This document shows, one piece after another, positions 1 through 15,500 of a stretch of DNA of 64,000 nucleotides. Made by a program: the position numbers and the translations under genes. The first letter of the stretch is position 1. Each line of letters begins with the position of its first letter. The stretch is taken from NCBI GenBank assembly GCA_964187785.1, contig OZ076409.1:12402001-12466000 (forward strand), given 5' to 3'. This DNA is from Amphiscolops sp. MND2022 (taxonomy: Eukaryota). The notes under the pieces are model-generated. The model made no database searches, was not told the DNA's origin, and was given only the letters and a program-made list of their open reading frames with translations.

Positions 1-3000
1 GAGAGAACTTATCCCCTATGGAAGTATACTGACGTAAACCATTTTGAGAGTTAAAGACATTTGAAAAGTTAAAATGCTGGAAAAAATCAAAAAATTTTCG
101 AACCGAGAGAACTTATCCTCTATGTAAGTATACTGAAGTAAGTCGTCATTTTGAGAGTTCAAGACAAAGGAGAAAATAAAACGCTTGACAATCAACAAAT
201 TTTCAAACCGACAGATTTTTTTCCATATAGAAGTACACTAAAGTAAGCCATTTTGAGAGTTAAAAACAAATAAAAACTAAAATGCTGGACATAATCAACT
301 ACTTTTCAAACCGACAGACTTTATTCCCTATGGAAGTACACTAATGTAAGCCATTTTGAGAGTTAAAGACAATTGAAAAGTTAAAATGCTGGAAATATTC
401 AACAATTTTTAGAATTGACAGACCTTATCACCTATGGAAGTACACTAAAAAGAGTCATTTTGACAGTTCAAAACAAATAAAAAACCAAAATGCTGGACAT
501 AATCAACGATTTTTCAAACCGACAGGGCTTATCACCTTTGGAAGTGCACTAAAGTGAGTCAATTTGAGAGTTGAAGACAAATGAAAAAAACAAAAATGCT
601 GGACATAATCAACAATTTTTCAAACCGACAGGGCTTATCACCTATGGAAGTACACTAAAGTAAGCCATTTTGAGAGTTAAAGACAATTGAAAAGTTAAAA
701 TGCTGGAAACAATCAACAATTTTTAGAAATGACAGAACTTATCACCCATGGAAGTACACTAAAGTGAGTCATTTTGAGAAATCAAGACAAATGAAAAACC
801 AAAAAGCTGGACATAATCAACAATTTTTCAAACTGAGAGATCTTATCAACTATGGAAGTATACTGAAGGAAGCCATTTTAAGAGTTGATGACATTTGAAA
901 AGTTAAAATGCTGAAAAAAATCAAAAAAATTTCAAACCGAGAGATCTTATCTCCTATATAAATATACTGAAGTAAGCCATTTTGAGAGGTCAAGACAAAT
1001 GAAAACCTAAAATGCTTGACATATTCAACAATTTTTCAAACCGACAGAATTTATTCCATATAGAAGTACACTAAAGTGAGTCATTTTGAGAGTTGAAGAC
1101 AAATAAAAAACCAAAATGCTGGACATAATCAACAATTTTTCAAACCGAGAGAACTTATCCCCTATGGAAGTATACTGAAGTAACCCATTTTGAGAGTTAA
1201 AGACATTTGAAAAGTTAAAATGCTGGAAAAAATCAAAAATTTTCGAACCGAGAGAACATATCCTCTATGTAAGTATACTGAATTAAGTCATTTTGAGAGT
1301 TCAAGACAAAGGAAAACATAAAACGCATGACAATCAACAATTTTTCAAACCGACAGATTTTTTTCCCTATAGAAGTACACTAAAGTAAGCCATTTTGAGA
1401 GTTAAAAACAAATAAAAACTAAAATACTGGACATAATCAACTACTCTTCAAACCGACAGAATTTATTCCCTATTGAAGTACACTAAAGTAAGCCATTTTG
1501 AGAGTTGAAGACAATTGAAAAGTTAGAATGCTGGAAATATTCAACAATTTTTAGAAACGACAGAACTTATCACCTATGGAAGTACACTAAAAAGAGTCAT
1601 TTTGACAGTTCAAGACAAATAAAAAACCAAAATGCTGGACATAATCAACAATTTTTCAAACCGACAGGGCTTATCACATATGGAAGTATACTAAAGTGAG
1701 TCATTTTGAGAGGTAAAGACAAATTAAAAACCAAAAAGCTGGACATAATCAACAATTTTTCAAACCGAGAGAACTTATCCCCAATGGAAGTACACTGAAG
1801 TAAGCCATTTTGAGAGTTAAAGACATTTGAAAAATCAAAATGCTGGAAAAATTCAAAAATTTTTCGAACCGAGAGAACTTATCCTCTATGTAAGTATACT
1901 GAATTAAGTCATTTTGAGAGTTCAAGACAAAGGAAAATATAAAACGCTTGACAATCAACAATTTTTCAAACCGACAGATTTTATTCCATATAGAAGTACA
2001 CTAAAGTAAACCATTTTGAGAGTTAAAAACAAATAAAAACTAAAATGCTGGACATAATCAACTACTTTTCAAACCGACAGAATTTATTCCCTATGGAAGT
2101 ACACCAATGTAAGCCATTTTGAGAGTTAAAGACAATTGAAAAGTTAAAATGCTGGAAATATTCAACAATTTTTAGAATTGACAGACCTTATCACCTATGG
2201 AAGTACACTAAAAAGAGTCATTTTGACAGTTCAAGACAAATAAAAAACCAAAATGCTGGACATAATCAACAATTTTTCAAACCGAGAGAACTTATCCCCT
2301 ATGGAAGTATACTGAAGTAACCCATTTTGAGAGTTAAAAACAAATGAAAACTAAAATGCTGGACATAATCAACTACTCTTCAAACCGACAGAATTTATTC
2401 CCTATTGAAGTACACTAAAGTAAGCCATTTTGAGAGTTAAAGACAATTGAAAAGTTAGAATGCTGGAAATATTCAACAATTTTTAGAAACGACAGAACTT
2501 ATCACCTATGGAAGTACACTAAAAAGAGTCATTTTGACAGTTCAAGACAAATAAAAAACCAAAATGCTGGACATAATCAACAATTTTTCAAACCGACAGG
2601 GCTTATCACCTATGGAAGTATACTAAGGTGAGTCATTTTGAGAGGTAAAGACAAATTAAAAACTAAAAAGCTGGACATAATCAACAATTTTTCAAACCGA
2701 GAGAACTTATCCCCAATGGGAGTATACTGAAGTAAGCCATTTTGAGAGTTAAAGACATTTGAAAAATCAAAATGCTGGAAAAATTCAAAATTTTTTCGAA
2801 CCGAGAGAACTTATCCCCTATGTAAGTATACTGAAGTAAGCCATTTTGAGAGTTCAAGACATTTGAAAAGTTAAAATGCTGGAAAAAATCAAAAATTTTC
2901 GAACCGAGAGAACTTATCCTCTATGTAAGTATACTGACGTAAACCATTTTGAGAGTTAAAGACATTTGAAAAGTTAAAATGCTGGAAAAAATCAAAAATT

Positions 3001-3639
3001 TTCGAACCGAGAGAACTTATCCTCTATGTAAGTATACTGAAGTAAGTCATTTTGAGAGTTCAAGACAAAGGAAAAAATAAAACGCTTGACAATCAACAAT
3101 TTTTCAAAACGACAGATTTTATTCCATATAGAAGTACACTGAAGTAAACCATTTTGAGAGTTAAAAACAAATAAAAACTAAAATGCTGGACATAATCAAC
3201 TACTTTTCAAACCGACAGAATTTATTCCCTATGGAAGTACACCAATGTAAGCCATTTTGAGAGTTAAAGACAATTGAAAAGTTAAAATGCTGGAAATATT
3301 CAACAATTTTTAGAATTGACAGACCTTATCACCTATGGAAGTACACTAAAAAGAGTCATTTTGACAGTTCAAGACAAATAAAAAACCAAAATGCTGGACA
3401 TAATCAACAATTTTTCAAACCGACAGGGCTTATCACCTATGGAAGTACACTAAAATGAGTCATTTTGAGAGGTAAAGACAAGTGAAAAACTAAAATTCTG
3501 GACATAATCAACTTTTTTTCAAACCGACAGAACATATTCCCTATGGTAGTACACTAAAGTAAGCCATTTTGAGAGTTGAAGACAATTGAAAAGTTAAAAT
3601 GCTGGAAATAATCAACAATTTTTAGAAACGACAGAACTT

Positions 3640-6560
3640 ATCACCTATGGAAGTACACTAAAGTGAGTCATTTTGAGAGTTGAAGACAAATAAAAAACCA
3701 AAATGCTGGACATAATCAACAATTTTTCAAGCCGACAGAGCTAATCACCTATGGAAGTACACTAAACTGAGTCAATTTGAGAGTTAAAGACAAATGAAAA
3801 AAACAAAAATGCTGGACATAATCAACAATTTTTCAAACCGACAGGGCTTATCACCTATGGAAGTACACTAAAGTAAGTCATTTTGAGAGGTAAAGACAAA
3901 TTAAAAACCAAAAAGCTGGACATAATCAACAATTTTTTAAACCGAGAGAACTTATCCCCAATGGAAGTATACTGAAGTAAGCCATTTTGAGAGTTAAAGA
4001 CTTTTGAAAAATCAAAATGCTGGAAAAAATTGAAAATTTTTCCAATCGAGAGAACTTATACCCTATGTAAGTATAGTGAAGTAAGTCATTTTGAGAGTTC
4101 AAGACAAAAGAAAACCTAAAGTGCTTGACAATCAACAATTTTTTAAACCGATAGAATTTATTCTATATAGAAGTACACTAAAGTAGGCCATTTTGAGATT
4201 TAAAAACAAATAAAAACTAAAATGCTGGACATAATCAACTACTTTTCAAACCGACAGACTTTATTCCCTATGGAAGTACACTAATATAAGCCATTTTGAG
4301 AGTTAAAGACAATTGAAAAGTTAAATTGCTGGAAATATTCAACAATTTTTAGAATTGACAGACCTTATCACCTATGGAAGTACACTAAAGTGAGTCATTT
4401 TGAGAGTTGAAGACAAATAAAAAACCAAAATGCTGGACATAATCAACAATTTTTCAAGCCGACAGAGCTAATCACCTATGGAAGTACACTAAACTGAGTC
4501 AATTTGAGAGTTAAAGACAAATGAAAAAAACAAAAATGCTGGACATAATCAACAATTTTTCAAACCGACAGGGCTTATCACCTATGGAAGTACACTAAAG
4601 TAAGTCATTTTGAGAGGTAAAGACAAATTAAAAACCAAAAAGCTGGACATAATCAACAATTTTTTAAACCGAGAGAACTTATCCCCAATGGAAGTATACT
4701 GAAGTAAGCCATTTTGAGAGTTAAAGACTTTTGAAAAATCAAAATGCTGGAAAAAATTGAAAATTTTTCCAATCGAGAGAACTTATACCCTATGTAAGTA
4801 TAGTGAAGTAAGTCATTTTGAGAGTTCAAGACAAAAGAAAACCTAAAGTGCTTGACAATCAACAATTTTTTAAACCGATAGAATTTATTCTATATAGAAG
4901 TACACTAAAGTAGGCCATTTTGAGATTTAAAAACAAATAAAAACTAAAATGCTGGACATAATCAACTACTTTTCAAACCGACAGACTTTATTCCCTATGG
5001 AAGTACACTAATATAAGCCATTTTGAGAGTTAAAGACAATTGAAAAGTTAAATTGCTGGAAATATTCAACAACTTTTAGAATTGACAGACCTTATCACCT
5101 ATGGAAGTACACTAAAGTGAGTCATTTTGAGAGTTGAAGACAAATAAAAAACCAAAATGCTGGACATAATCAACAATTTTTCAAGCCGACAGAGCTAATC
5201 ACCTATGGAAGTACACTAAACTGAGTCAATTTGAGAGTTAAAGACAAATGAAAAAAACAAAAATGCTGGACATAATCAACAATTTTTCAAACCGACAGGG
5301 CTTATCACCTATGGAAGTACACTAAAGTAAGTCATTTTGAGAGGTAAAGACAAATTAAAAACCAAAAAGCTGGACATAATCAACAATTTTTTAAACCGAG
5401 AGAACTTATCCCCAATGGAAGTATACTGAAGTAAGCCATTTTGAGAGTTAAAGACATTTGAAAAATCAAAATGCTGGAAAAAATTGAAAATTTTTCCAAT
5501 CGAGAGAACTTATCCCCTATGTAAGTATAGTGAAGTAAGTCATTTTGAGAGTTCAAGACAAAAGAAAACCTAAAGTGCTTGACAATCAACAATTTTTTAA
5601 ACCGATAGAATTTATTCTATATAGAAGTACACCAAAGTAGGCCATTTTGAGATTTAAAAACAAATAAAAACTAAAATTCTGGACATAATCAACTTTTTTT
5701 CAAACCGACAGAACATATTCCCTATGGTAGTACACTAAAGTAAGCCATTTTGAGAGTTGAAGACAATTGAAAAGTTAAAATGCTGGAAATAATCAACAAT
5801 TTTTAGAAACGACAGAACTTATCACCTATGGAAGTACACTAAAGTGAGTCATTTTGAGAGTTGAAGACAAATAAAAAACCAAAATGCTGGACATAATCAA
5901 CAATTTTTCAAGCCGACAGAGCTAATCACCTATGGAAGTACACTAAACTGAGTCAATTTGAGAGTTAAAGACAAATGAAAAAAACAAAAATGCTGGACAT
6001 AATCAACAATTTTTCAAACCGACAGGGCTTATCACCTATGGAAGTACACTAAAGTGAGTCATTTTGAGAGGTAAAGACAAATTAAAAACCAAAAAGCTGG
6101 ACATAATCAACAATTTTTCAAACCGAGAGAACTTATCCCCAATGGAAGTATACTGAAGTAAGCCATTTTGAGAGTTAAAGACATTTGAAAAATCAAAATG
6201 CTGGAAAAAATCAAAATTTTTCCAATCGAGAGAACTTATCCCTATGTAAGTATAGTGAAGTAAGTCATTTTGAGAGTTCAAGACAAAAGAAAACCTAAAG
6301 TGCTTGACAATCAACAATTTTTTAAACCGATAGAATTTATTCTATATAGAAGTACACTAAAGTAGGCCATTTTGAGATTTAAAAACAAATAAAAACTAAA
6401 ATGCTGGACATAATCAACTACTTTTCAAACCGACAGACTTTATTCCCTATGGAAGTACACTAATATAAGCCATTTTGAGAGTTAAAGACAATTGAAAAGT
6501 TAAATTGCTGGAAATATTCAACAATTTTTAGAATTGACAGACCTTATCACCTATGGAAGT
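3640..6560. repeat. 7-mer higher-order repeat (727 bp, ~4 copies) within the satellite
   Basis: Marker GCCGACAGAGCTAATCACCT at 3731, 4458, 5185 and 5912 (spacing 727). Near-identical spurious ORFs at 3926, 4653 and 5380 have the same offset. Confidence 0.93.
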
Positions 6561-9500
6561 ACACTAAAAAGAGTCATTTTGACAGTTCAAAACAAATAAA
6601 TAACCAAAATGCTGGACATAATCAACGATTTTTCAAACCGACAGGGCTTATCACCTATGGAAGTACACTAAAGTGAGTCATTTTGAGAGGTAAAGACAAA
6701 TTAAAAACCAAAAAGCTGGACAAAATCAACAATTTTTCAAACCGAGAGAACTTATCCCCAATGGAAGTATACTGAAGTAAGCCATTTTGAGAGTTAAAGA
6801 CATTTGAAAAATCAAAATGCTGGAAAAAATCAAAATTTTTTCAAACCGAGAGAACTTATCCCCTATGTAAGTATACTGAAGCAAGCCATTTTGAGAGTTC
6901 AAGACAAATAAAAAACCAAAATCCTTGACATAATCAACAATTTTTCAAACCGAGAGAACTTATCCCCTATGGAAGTATACTGACGTAAACCATTTGAGAG
7001 TTAAAGACATTTGAAAAGTTAAAATGCTGGAAAAAATCACAAATTTTTCGAACCGAGAGAACTTATCCTCTATGTAAGTATACTGAAGTAAGTCGTCATT
7101 TTGAGAGTTCAAGACAAAGGAGAAAATAAAACGCTTGAAAATCAACAATTTTTCAAACCGACAGATTTTATTCCATATAGAAGTACACTAAAGTAAGCCA
7201 TTTTGAGAGTTAAAAACAAATAAAAACTAAAATGCTGGACATAATCAACTACTTTTCAAACCGACAGACTTTATTCCCTATGGAAGTACACTAATGTAAG
7301 CCATTTTGAGAGTTAAAGACAATTGAAAGGTTAAAATGCTGGAAATATTCAACAATTTTTAGAATTGACAGACCTTATCACCTATGGAAGTACACTAAAA
7401 AGAGTCATTTTGACAGTTCAAAACAAATAAAAAACCAAAATGCTGGAAATAATCAACGATTTTTCAAACCGACAGGGCTTATCACCTATGGAAGTACACT
7501 AAAGTGAGTCATTTTGAGAGGTAAAGACAAGTAAAAAACTAAAATTCTGGACATAATCAACTGTTTTTCAAACCGACAGAACATATTCCCTATGGAAGTA
7601 CACTAAAGTAAGCCATTTTGAGAGTTGAAGACAATTGAAAAGTTAAAATGCTGGAAATAATCAACAATTTTTAGAAACGACAGAACTTATCACCTATGGA
7701 AGTACACTAAAGTGAGTCATTTTAAGAGTTGAAGACAAATGGAAAACCAAAATGCTGGACATAATCAACAATTTTTCAAGCCGACAGAGCTTATCACCTA
7801 TGGAAGTACACTAAAGTGAATCATTTTGAGAGTTAAAGACAAATGAAAAAAACAAAAATGCTGGACATAATCAACAATTTTTCAAGCCGACAGAGCTTAT
7901 CACCTATGGAAGTATACTGAAGTAAGCCACTTTGAGAGTTTGAGACATTTGAAAAATTAAAATGCTGGAAAAAATCAAAATTTTTTCAAACCGAGAGAAC
8001 TTATCCCCTTTGTAAGTATACTGAAGTAAGCCATTTTGAGAGTTCAAGACAAATAAAAAACCGAAATCCTTGACATAATCAACAATTTTTCAAACCGAGA
8101 GAACTTATCCCCTATGGAAGTATACTGAAGTAAACCATTTTGAGAGTTAAAGACATTTGAAAAGTTAAAATGCTGGAAAAAATCAAAATTTTTTTGAACC
8201 GAGAGAACTTATCCTCTATGTAAGTATTCTGAAGTAAGTCATTTTGAGAGTTCAAGACAAAGGAAAACCTAAAATACTTGACAATAAACAATTTTTCAAA
8301 CCAATTGAATTTATCCCATTTAGAAGTACACTAAAGTAAGCCATTTTGAGAGTTAAAAACAAAAAAACTAAAATTCTGGACATAATCAACTATTTTTCAA
8401 ACCGACAGAACATATTCCCTATGGAAGTACACTAAAGTAAGCCATTTTGAGAGTTGAAGACAATTGAAAAGTTAAAATGCTGGAAAAAATCACAAATTTT
8501 TCGAACCGAGAGAACTTATCTTCTATGTAAGTATACTGAAGTAAGTCGTCATTTTGAGAGTTCAAGACAAAGGAGAAAATAAAACGCTTGACAATCAACA
8601 ATTTTTCAAACCGACAGATTTTATTCCATATAGAAGTACACTAAAGTAAGCCATTTTGAGAGTTAAAAACAAATAAAAACTAAAATGCTGGACATAATCA
8701 ACTACTTTTTAAACCGAGAGAATTTATCCCCTATGTAAGTGTACTGAAGTAAGCCATTTTGAGAGTTAAAGACAATTGAAAAGTTAAAATGCTGGAAATA
8801 TTCAACAATTTTTTAGAATTGACAGACCTTATCACCTATGGAAGTACACTAAAAAGAGTCATTTTGACAGTTCAAAACAAATAAAAAACCAAAATGCTGG
8901 ACATAATCAACGATTTTTCAAACCGACAGGGCTTATCACCTATGGAAGTACACTAAAGTGAGTCATTTTGAGAGGTAAAGACAAGTAAAAAACTAAAATT
9001 CTGGACATAATCAACTGTTTTTCAAACCGACAGAACATATTCCCTATGGAAGTACACTAAAGTAAGCCATTTTGAGAGTTGAAGACAATTGAAAAGTTAA
9101 AATGCTGGAAATAATCAACAATTTTTAGAAACGACAGAACTTATCACCTATGGAAGTACACTAAAGTGAGTCATTTTAAGAGTTGAAGACAAATGGAAAA
9201 CCAAAATGCTGGACATAATCAACAATTTTTCAAGCCGACAGAGCTTATCACCTATGGAAGTACACTAAAGTGAGTCATTTTGAGAGTTAAAGACAAATGA
9301 AAAAAACAAAAATGCTGGACATAATCAACAATTTTTCAAGCCGACAGAGCTTATCACCTATGGAAGTATACTGAAGTAAGCCACTTTGAGAGTTTGAGAC
9401 ATTTGAAAAATTAAAATGCTGGAAAAAATCAAAATTTTTTCAAACCGAGAGAACTTATCCCCTTTGTAAGTATACTGAAGTAAGCCATTTTGAGAGTTCA

Positions 9501-12500
9501 AGACAAATAAAAAACCAAAATCCTTGACATAATCAACAATTTTTCAAACCGAGAGAACTTATCCCCTATGGAAGTATACTGAAGTAAACCATTTTGAGAG
9601 TTAAAGACATTTGAAAAGTTAAAATGCTGGAAAAAATCAAAATTTTTTTGAACCGAGAGAACTTATCCTCTATGTAAGTATTCTGAAGTAAGTCATTTTG
9701 AGAGTTCAAGACAAAGGAAAACCTAAAATACTTGACAATAAACAATTTTTCAAACCAATTGAATTTATCCCATTTAGAAGTACACTAAAGTAAGCCATTT
9801 TGAGAGTTAAAAACAAAAAAACTAAAATTCTGGACATAATCAACTATTTTTCAAACCGACAGAACATATTCCCTATGGAAGTACACTAAAGTAAGCCATT
9901 TTGAGAGTTGAAGACAATTGAAAAGTTAAAATGCTGGAAAGAATCAACAATTTTTAGAAACGACAGAACTTGTCACCTATGGAAGTACACTAAAGTGAGT
10001 CATTTTGAGAGTTAAAGACAAATAAAAAACCAAAATGCTGGACATAATCAACAATTTTCAAAGCCGACAGAGCTCATCACCTATGGAAGTACACTAAAGT
10101 GAGTCATTTTGAGAGTTAAAGACAATTAAAAAACCAAAATGCTGGAATTAATCAACAATTTTTCAAACCGACAGAACTTATCCCCTATGGAAGTATACTG
10201 AAGTAAGCCATTTTGAGAGTTAAAGACATTTGAAGAGTTAAAATGCTGGAAAAAATCAAATTTTTTTCAAACCGAGAGAACTTATCCCCTATGTTAGTAT
10301 ACTGAAGTAAGCCATTTTGAGAGTTCAAGACAAAAGAAAACCTAAAATGCTTGACAATCAACAGTTTTTCAAACCGACAGAATTTATTCTATATAGAAGT
10401 ACACTAAAGTAAGCCATTTTGAGAATTAAAACCAAATAAAAAACTAAAATGCTGGACATAATCAACAATTTTTCAAATCGACAGAACTTATCCCCCATGG
10501 AAGTATACTAAAGTAAGCCATTTTGAGAGTTAAAGACATTTGAAAAAGTAAATTGCTGGACCTAATCAACATTTTTTCAAACCGACAGAACTTATCCCCT
10601 ATGGAAGTATACTGAAGTAAGCCCTTTTGAGAGTTTGAGACAAATAAAAAACCAAAATGCTGTACCTAATCAACAATTTTTCAAACCGAGAGAACTTATC
10701 CCCTATGGAAGTATACTGAAGTAAGCCATTTTGAGAGTTTGAGACATTTGAAAAGTTAAAATGCTGGAAAAAATCAAAAAAATTTCAAACCGAGAGAACC
10801 TTTTTTCTATATAAATATACTGAAGTAAGCCATTTTGAGAGTTCAAGACCCAAAAAGCTTAACATAATCAACAATTTTTCAAACCGACAGAGTTTATTCC
10901 ATATAGAGGTACACTAAAGTGAGTCATTTTGAGAGTTAGAGACAAATAAAAAACCAAAATGCTGGACATAATCAACAATTTCTCAAACCGAGACAACTTA
11001 TCCCCTATGGAAGTATACTGAAGTAAGCCATGTTGAGAGTTAAAGACATTTGAAAAGTTAAAATGCTGGAAAAAATCAAAAATTTTTCGAACCGAGAGAA
11101 CTTATCCTCTATGTAAGTATACTGAAGTAAGTCGTCATTTTGAGAGTTCAAGACAAAGGAGAAAATAAAACGCTTGACAATCAACAATTTTTCAAACCGA
11201 CAGATTTTATTCCATATAGAAGTACACTAAAGTAAGCCATTTTGAGAGTTAAAAACAAATAAAAACTAAAATGCTGGACATAATCAACTACTTTTCAAAC
11301 CGACAGACTTTATTCCCTATGGAAGTACACTAATGTAAGCCATTTTGAGAGTTAAAGACAATTGAAAAGTTAAAATGCTGGAAATATTCAACAATTTTTA
11401 GAATTGACAGACCTTATCACCTATGGAAGTACACTAAAAAGAGTCATTTTGACAGTTCAAAACAAATAAAAAACCAAAATGCTGGACATAATCAACGATT
11501 TTTCAAACCGACAGGGCTTATCACCTATGGAAGTACACCAAAGTGAGTCATTTTGAGAGGTAAAGACAAATTAAAAACTAAAAAGCTGGACATAATCAAC
11601 AATTTTTCAAACCGAGAGAACTTATCCCCAATGGGAGTATACTGAAGTAAGCCATTTTGAGAGTTCAAGACAAAAGAAAACCTAAAATGCTTGACAATCA
11701 ACAGTTTTTCAAACCGACAGAATTTATTCTATATAGAAGTACACTAAAGTAAGCCATTTTGAGAATTAAAACCAAATAAAAAACTAAAATGCTGGACATA
11801 ATCAACAATTTTTCAAATCGACAGAACTTATCCCCCATGGAAGTATACTAAAGTAAGCCATTTTGAGAGTTAAAGACATTTGAAAAAGTAAATTGCTGGA
11901 CCTAATCAACATTTTTTCAAACCGACAGAACTTATCCCCTATGGAAGTATACTGAAGTAAGCCATTTTTAGAGTTTGAGACAAATAAAAAACCAAAATGC
12001 TGTACCTAATCAACAATTTTTCAAACCGAGAGAACTTATCCCCTATGGAAGTATACTGAAGTAAGCCATTTTGAGAGTTTGAGACATTTGAAAAGTTAAA
12101 ATGCTGGAAAAAATCAAAAAAATTTCAAACCGAGAGAACCTTTTTCCTATATAAATATACTGAAGTAAGCCATTTTGAGAGTTCAAGACCCAAAAAGCTT
12201 AACATAATCAACAATTTTTCAAACCGACAGAGTTTATTCCATATAGAGGTACACTAAAGTGAGTCATTTTGAGAGTTAGAGACAAATAAAAAACCAAAAT
12301 GCTGGACATAATCAACAATTTCTCAAACCGAGAGAACTTATCCCCTATGGAAGTATACTGAAGTAAGCCATGTTGAGAGTTAAAGACATTTGAAAAGTTA
12401 AAATGCTGGAAAAAATCAAAAATTTTTCGAACCGAGAGAACTTATCCTCTATGTAAGTATACTGAAGTAAGTCGTCATTTTGAGAGTTCAAGACAAAGGA

Positions 12501-15500
12501 GAAAATAAAACGCTTGACAATCAACAATTTTTCAAACCGACAGATTTTATTCCATATAGAAGTACACTAAAGTAAGCCATTTTGAGAGTTAAAAACAAAC
12601 AAAAACTAAAATGCTGGACATAATCAACTACTTTTCAAACCGACAGACTTTATTCCCTATGGAAGTACACTAATGTAAGCCATTTTGAGAGTTAAAGACA
12701 ATTGAAAAGTTAAAATGCTGGAAATATTCAACAATTTTTAGAATTGACAGACCTTATCACCTATGGAAGTACACTAAAAAGAGTCATTTTGACAGTTCAA
12801 AACAAATAAAAAACCAAAATGCTGGACATAATCAACGATTTTTCAAACCGACAGGGCTTATCACCTATGGAAGTACACTAAAGTGAGTCATTTTGAGAGG
12901 TAAAGACAAGTAAAAAACTAAAATTCTGGACATAATCAACTGTTTTTCAAACCGACAGAACATATTCCCTATGGAAGTACACTAAAGTAAGCCATTTTGA
13001 GAGTTGAAGACAATTGAAAAGTTAAAATGCTGGAAATAATCAACAAATTTTAGAAACGACAGAACTTATCACCTATGGAAGTACACTAAAGTGAGTCATT
13101 TTAAGAGTTGAAGACAAATAGAAAACCAAAATGCTGGACATAATCAACAATTTTTCAAGCCGACAGAGCTTATCACCTATGGAAGTACACTAAAGTGAGT
13201 CATTTTGAGAGTTAAAGACAAATGAAAAAAACAAAAATGCTGGACATAATCAACAATTTTTCAAGCCGACAGAGCTTATCACCTATGGAAGTATACTGAA
13301 GTAAGCCACTTTGAGAGTTTGAGACATTTGAAAAATTAAAATGCTGGAAAAAATCAAAATTTTTTCAAACCGAGAGAACTTATCCCCTTTGTAAGTATAC
13401 TGAAGTAAGCCATTTTGAGAGTTCAAGACAAATAAAAAACCGAAATCCTTGACATAATCAACAATTTTTCAAACCGAGAGAACTTATCCCCTATGGAAGT
13501 ATACTGAAGTAAGCCATTTTGAGAGTTAAAGACATTTTAAGAGTTAAAATGCTGGAAAAAATCAAATTTTTTTCAAACCGAGAGAACTTATCCCCTATGT
13601 TAGTATACTGAAGTAAGCCATTTTGAGAGTTCAAGACAAAAGAAAACCTAAAATGCTTGACAATCAACAATTTTTCAAACCGACAGAATTTATTCTATAT
13701 AGAAGTACACTAAAGTAAGCCATTTTGAGAATTAAAACCAAATAAAAAACTAAAATGCTGGACATAATCAACAATTTTTCAAACCGACAGAACATATTCC
13801 CTATGGAAGTACACTAAAGTAAGCCTGTTTGAGAGTTGAAGACAATTGAAAAGTTAAAATGCTGGAAAGAATCAACAATTTTTAGAAACGACAGAACTTG
13901 TCACCTATGGAAGTACACTAAAGTGAGTCATTTTGAGAGTTAAAGACAAATAAAAAACCAAAATGCTGGACATAATCAACAATTTTTAAAGCCGACAGAG
14001 CTTATCACCTATGGAAGTACACTAAAGTGAGTCATTTTGAGGGTTAAAGACAAATAAAAAACCAAAATGCTGGACATAATCAAAAATTTTTCAAACCGAC
14101 AGAACTTATTCCCTATGGAAGTATACTGAAGTAAGCCATTTTGAGAGTTAAAGACATTTGAAGAGTTAAAATGCTGGAAAAAATCAAATTTTTTTCAAAC
14201 CGAGAGAACTTATCCCCTATGTTAGTATACTGAAGTAAGCCATTTTGAGAGTTCAAGACAAAAGAAAACCTAAAATGCTTGACAATCAACAATTTTTCAA
14301 ACCGACAGAATTTATTCTATATAGAAGTACACTAAAGTGAGTCATTTTGAGAGTTAAAGACAAATAAAAAACCAAAATGCTGGACATAATCAACAATTTT
14401 TAAAGCCGACAGAGCTTATCACCTATGGAAGTACACTAAAGTGAGTCATTTTGAGGGTTAAAGACAAATAAAAAACCAAAATGCTGGACATAATCAACAA
14501 TTTTTCAAATCGACAGAACTTATCCCCCATGGAAGTATACTAAAGTAAGCCATTTTGAGAGTTAAAGACATTTGAAAAAGTAAATTGCTGGACCTAATCA
14601 ACATTTTTTCAAACCGACAGAACTTATCCCCTATGGAAGTATACTGAAGTAAGCCATTTTGAGAGTTTGAGACAAATAAAAAACCAAAATGCTGTACCTA
14701 ATCAACAATTTTTCAAACCGAGAGAACTTATCCCCTATGGAAGTATACTGAAGTAAGCCATTTTGAGAGTTAAAGACATTTTAAGAGTTAAAATGCTGGA
14801 AAAAATCAAATTTTTTTCAAACCGAGAGAACTTATCCCCTATGTTAGTATACTGAAGTAAGCCATTTTGAGAGTTCAAGACAAAAGAAAACCTAAAATGC
14901 TTGACAATCAACAATTTTTCAAACCGACAGAATTTATTCTATATAGAAGTACACTAAAGTAAGCCATTTTGAGAATTAAAACCAAATAAAAAACTAAAAT
15001 GCTGGACATAATCAACAATTTTTCAAACCGACAGAACATATTCCCTATGGAAGTACACTAAAGTAAGCCTGTTTGAGAGTTGAAGACAATTGAAAAGTTA
15101 AAATGCTGGAAAGAATCAACAATTTTTAGAAACGACAGAACTTGTCACCTATGGAAGTACACTAAAGTGAGTCATTTTGAGAGTTAAAGACAAATAAAAA
15201 ACCAAAATGCTGGACATAATCAACAATTTTTAAAGCCGACAGAGCTTATCACCTATGGAAGTACACTAAAGTGAGTCATTTTGAGGGTTAAAGACAAATA
15301 AAAAACCAAAATGCTGGACATAATCAAAAATTTTTCAAACCGACAGAACTTATTCCCTATGGAAGTATACTGAAGTAAGCCATTTTGAGAGTTAAAGACA
15401 TTTGAAGAGTTAAAATGCTGGAAAAAATCAAATTTTTTTCAAACCGAGAGAACTTATCCCCTATGTTAGTATACTGAAGTAAGCCATTTTGAGAGTTCAA

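Noticed and set aside
1..104. Monomer derived from an ancestral ~52-bp dimer
   Set aside because: There is only faint similarity (GACA..., ...ATTTT.) between halves, explainable by AT-rich composition. It needs a statistical test.
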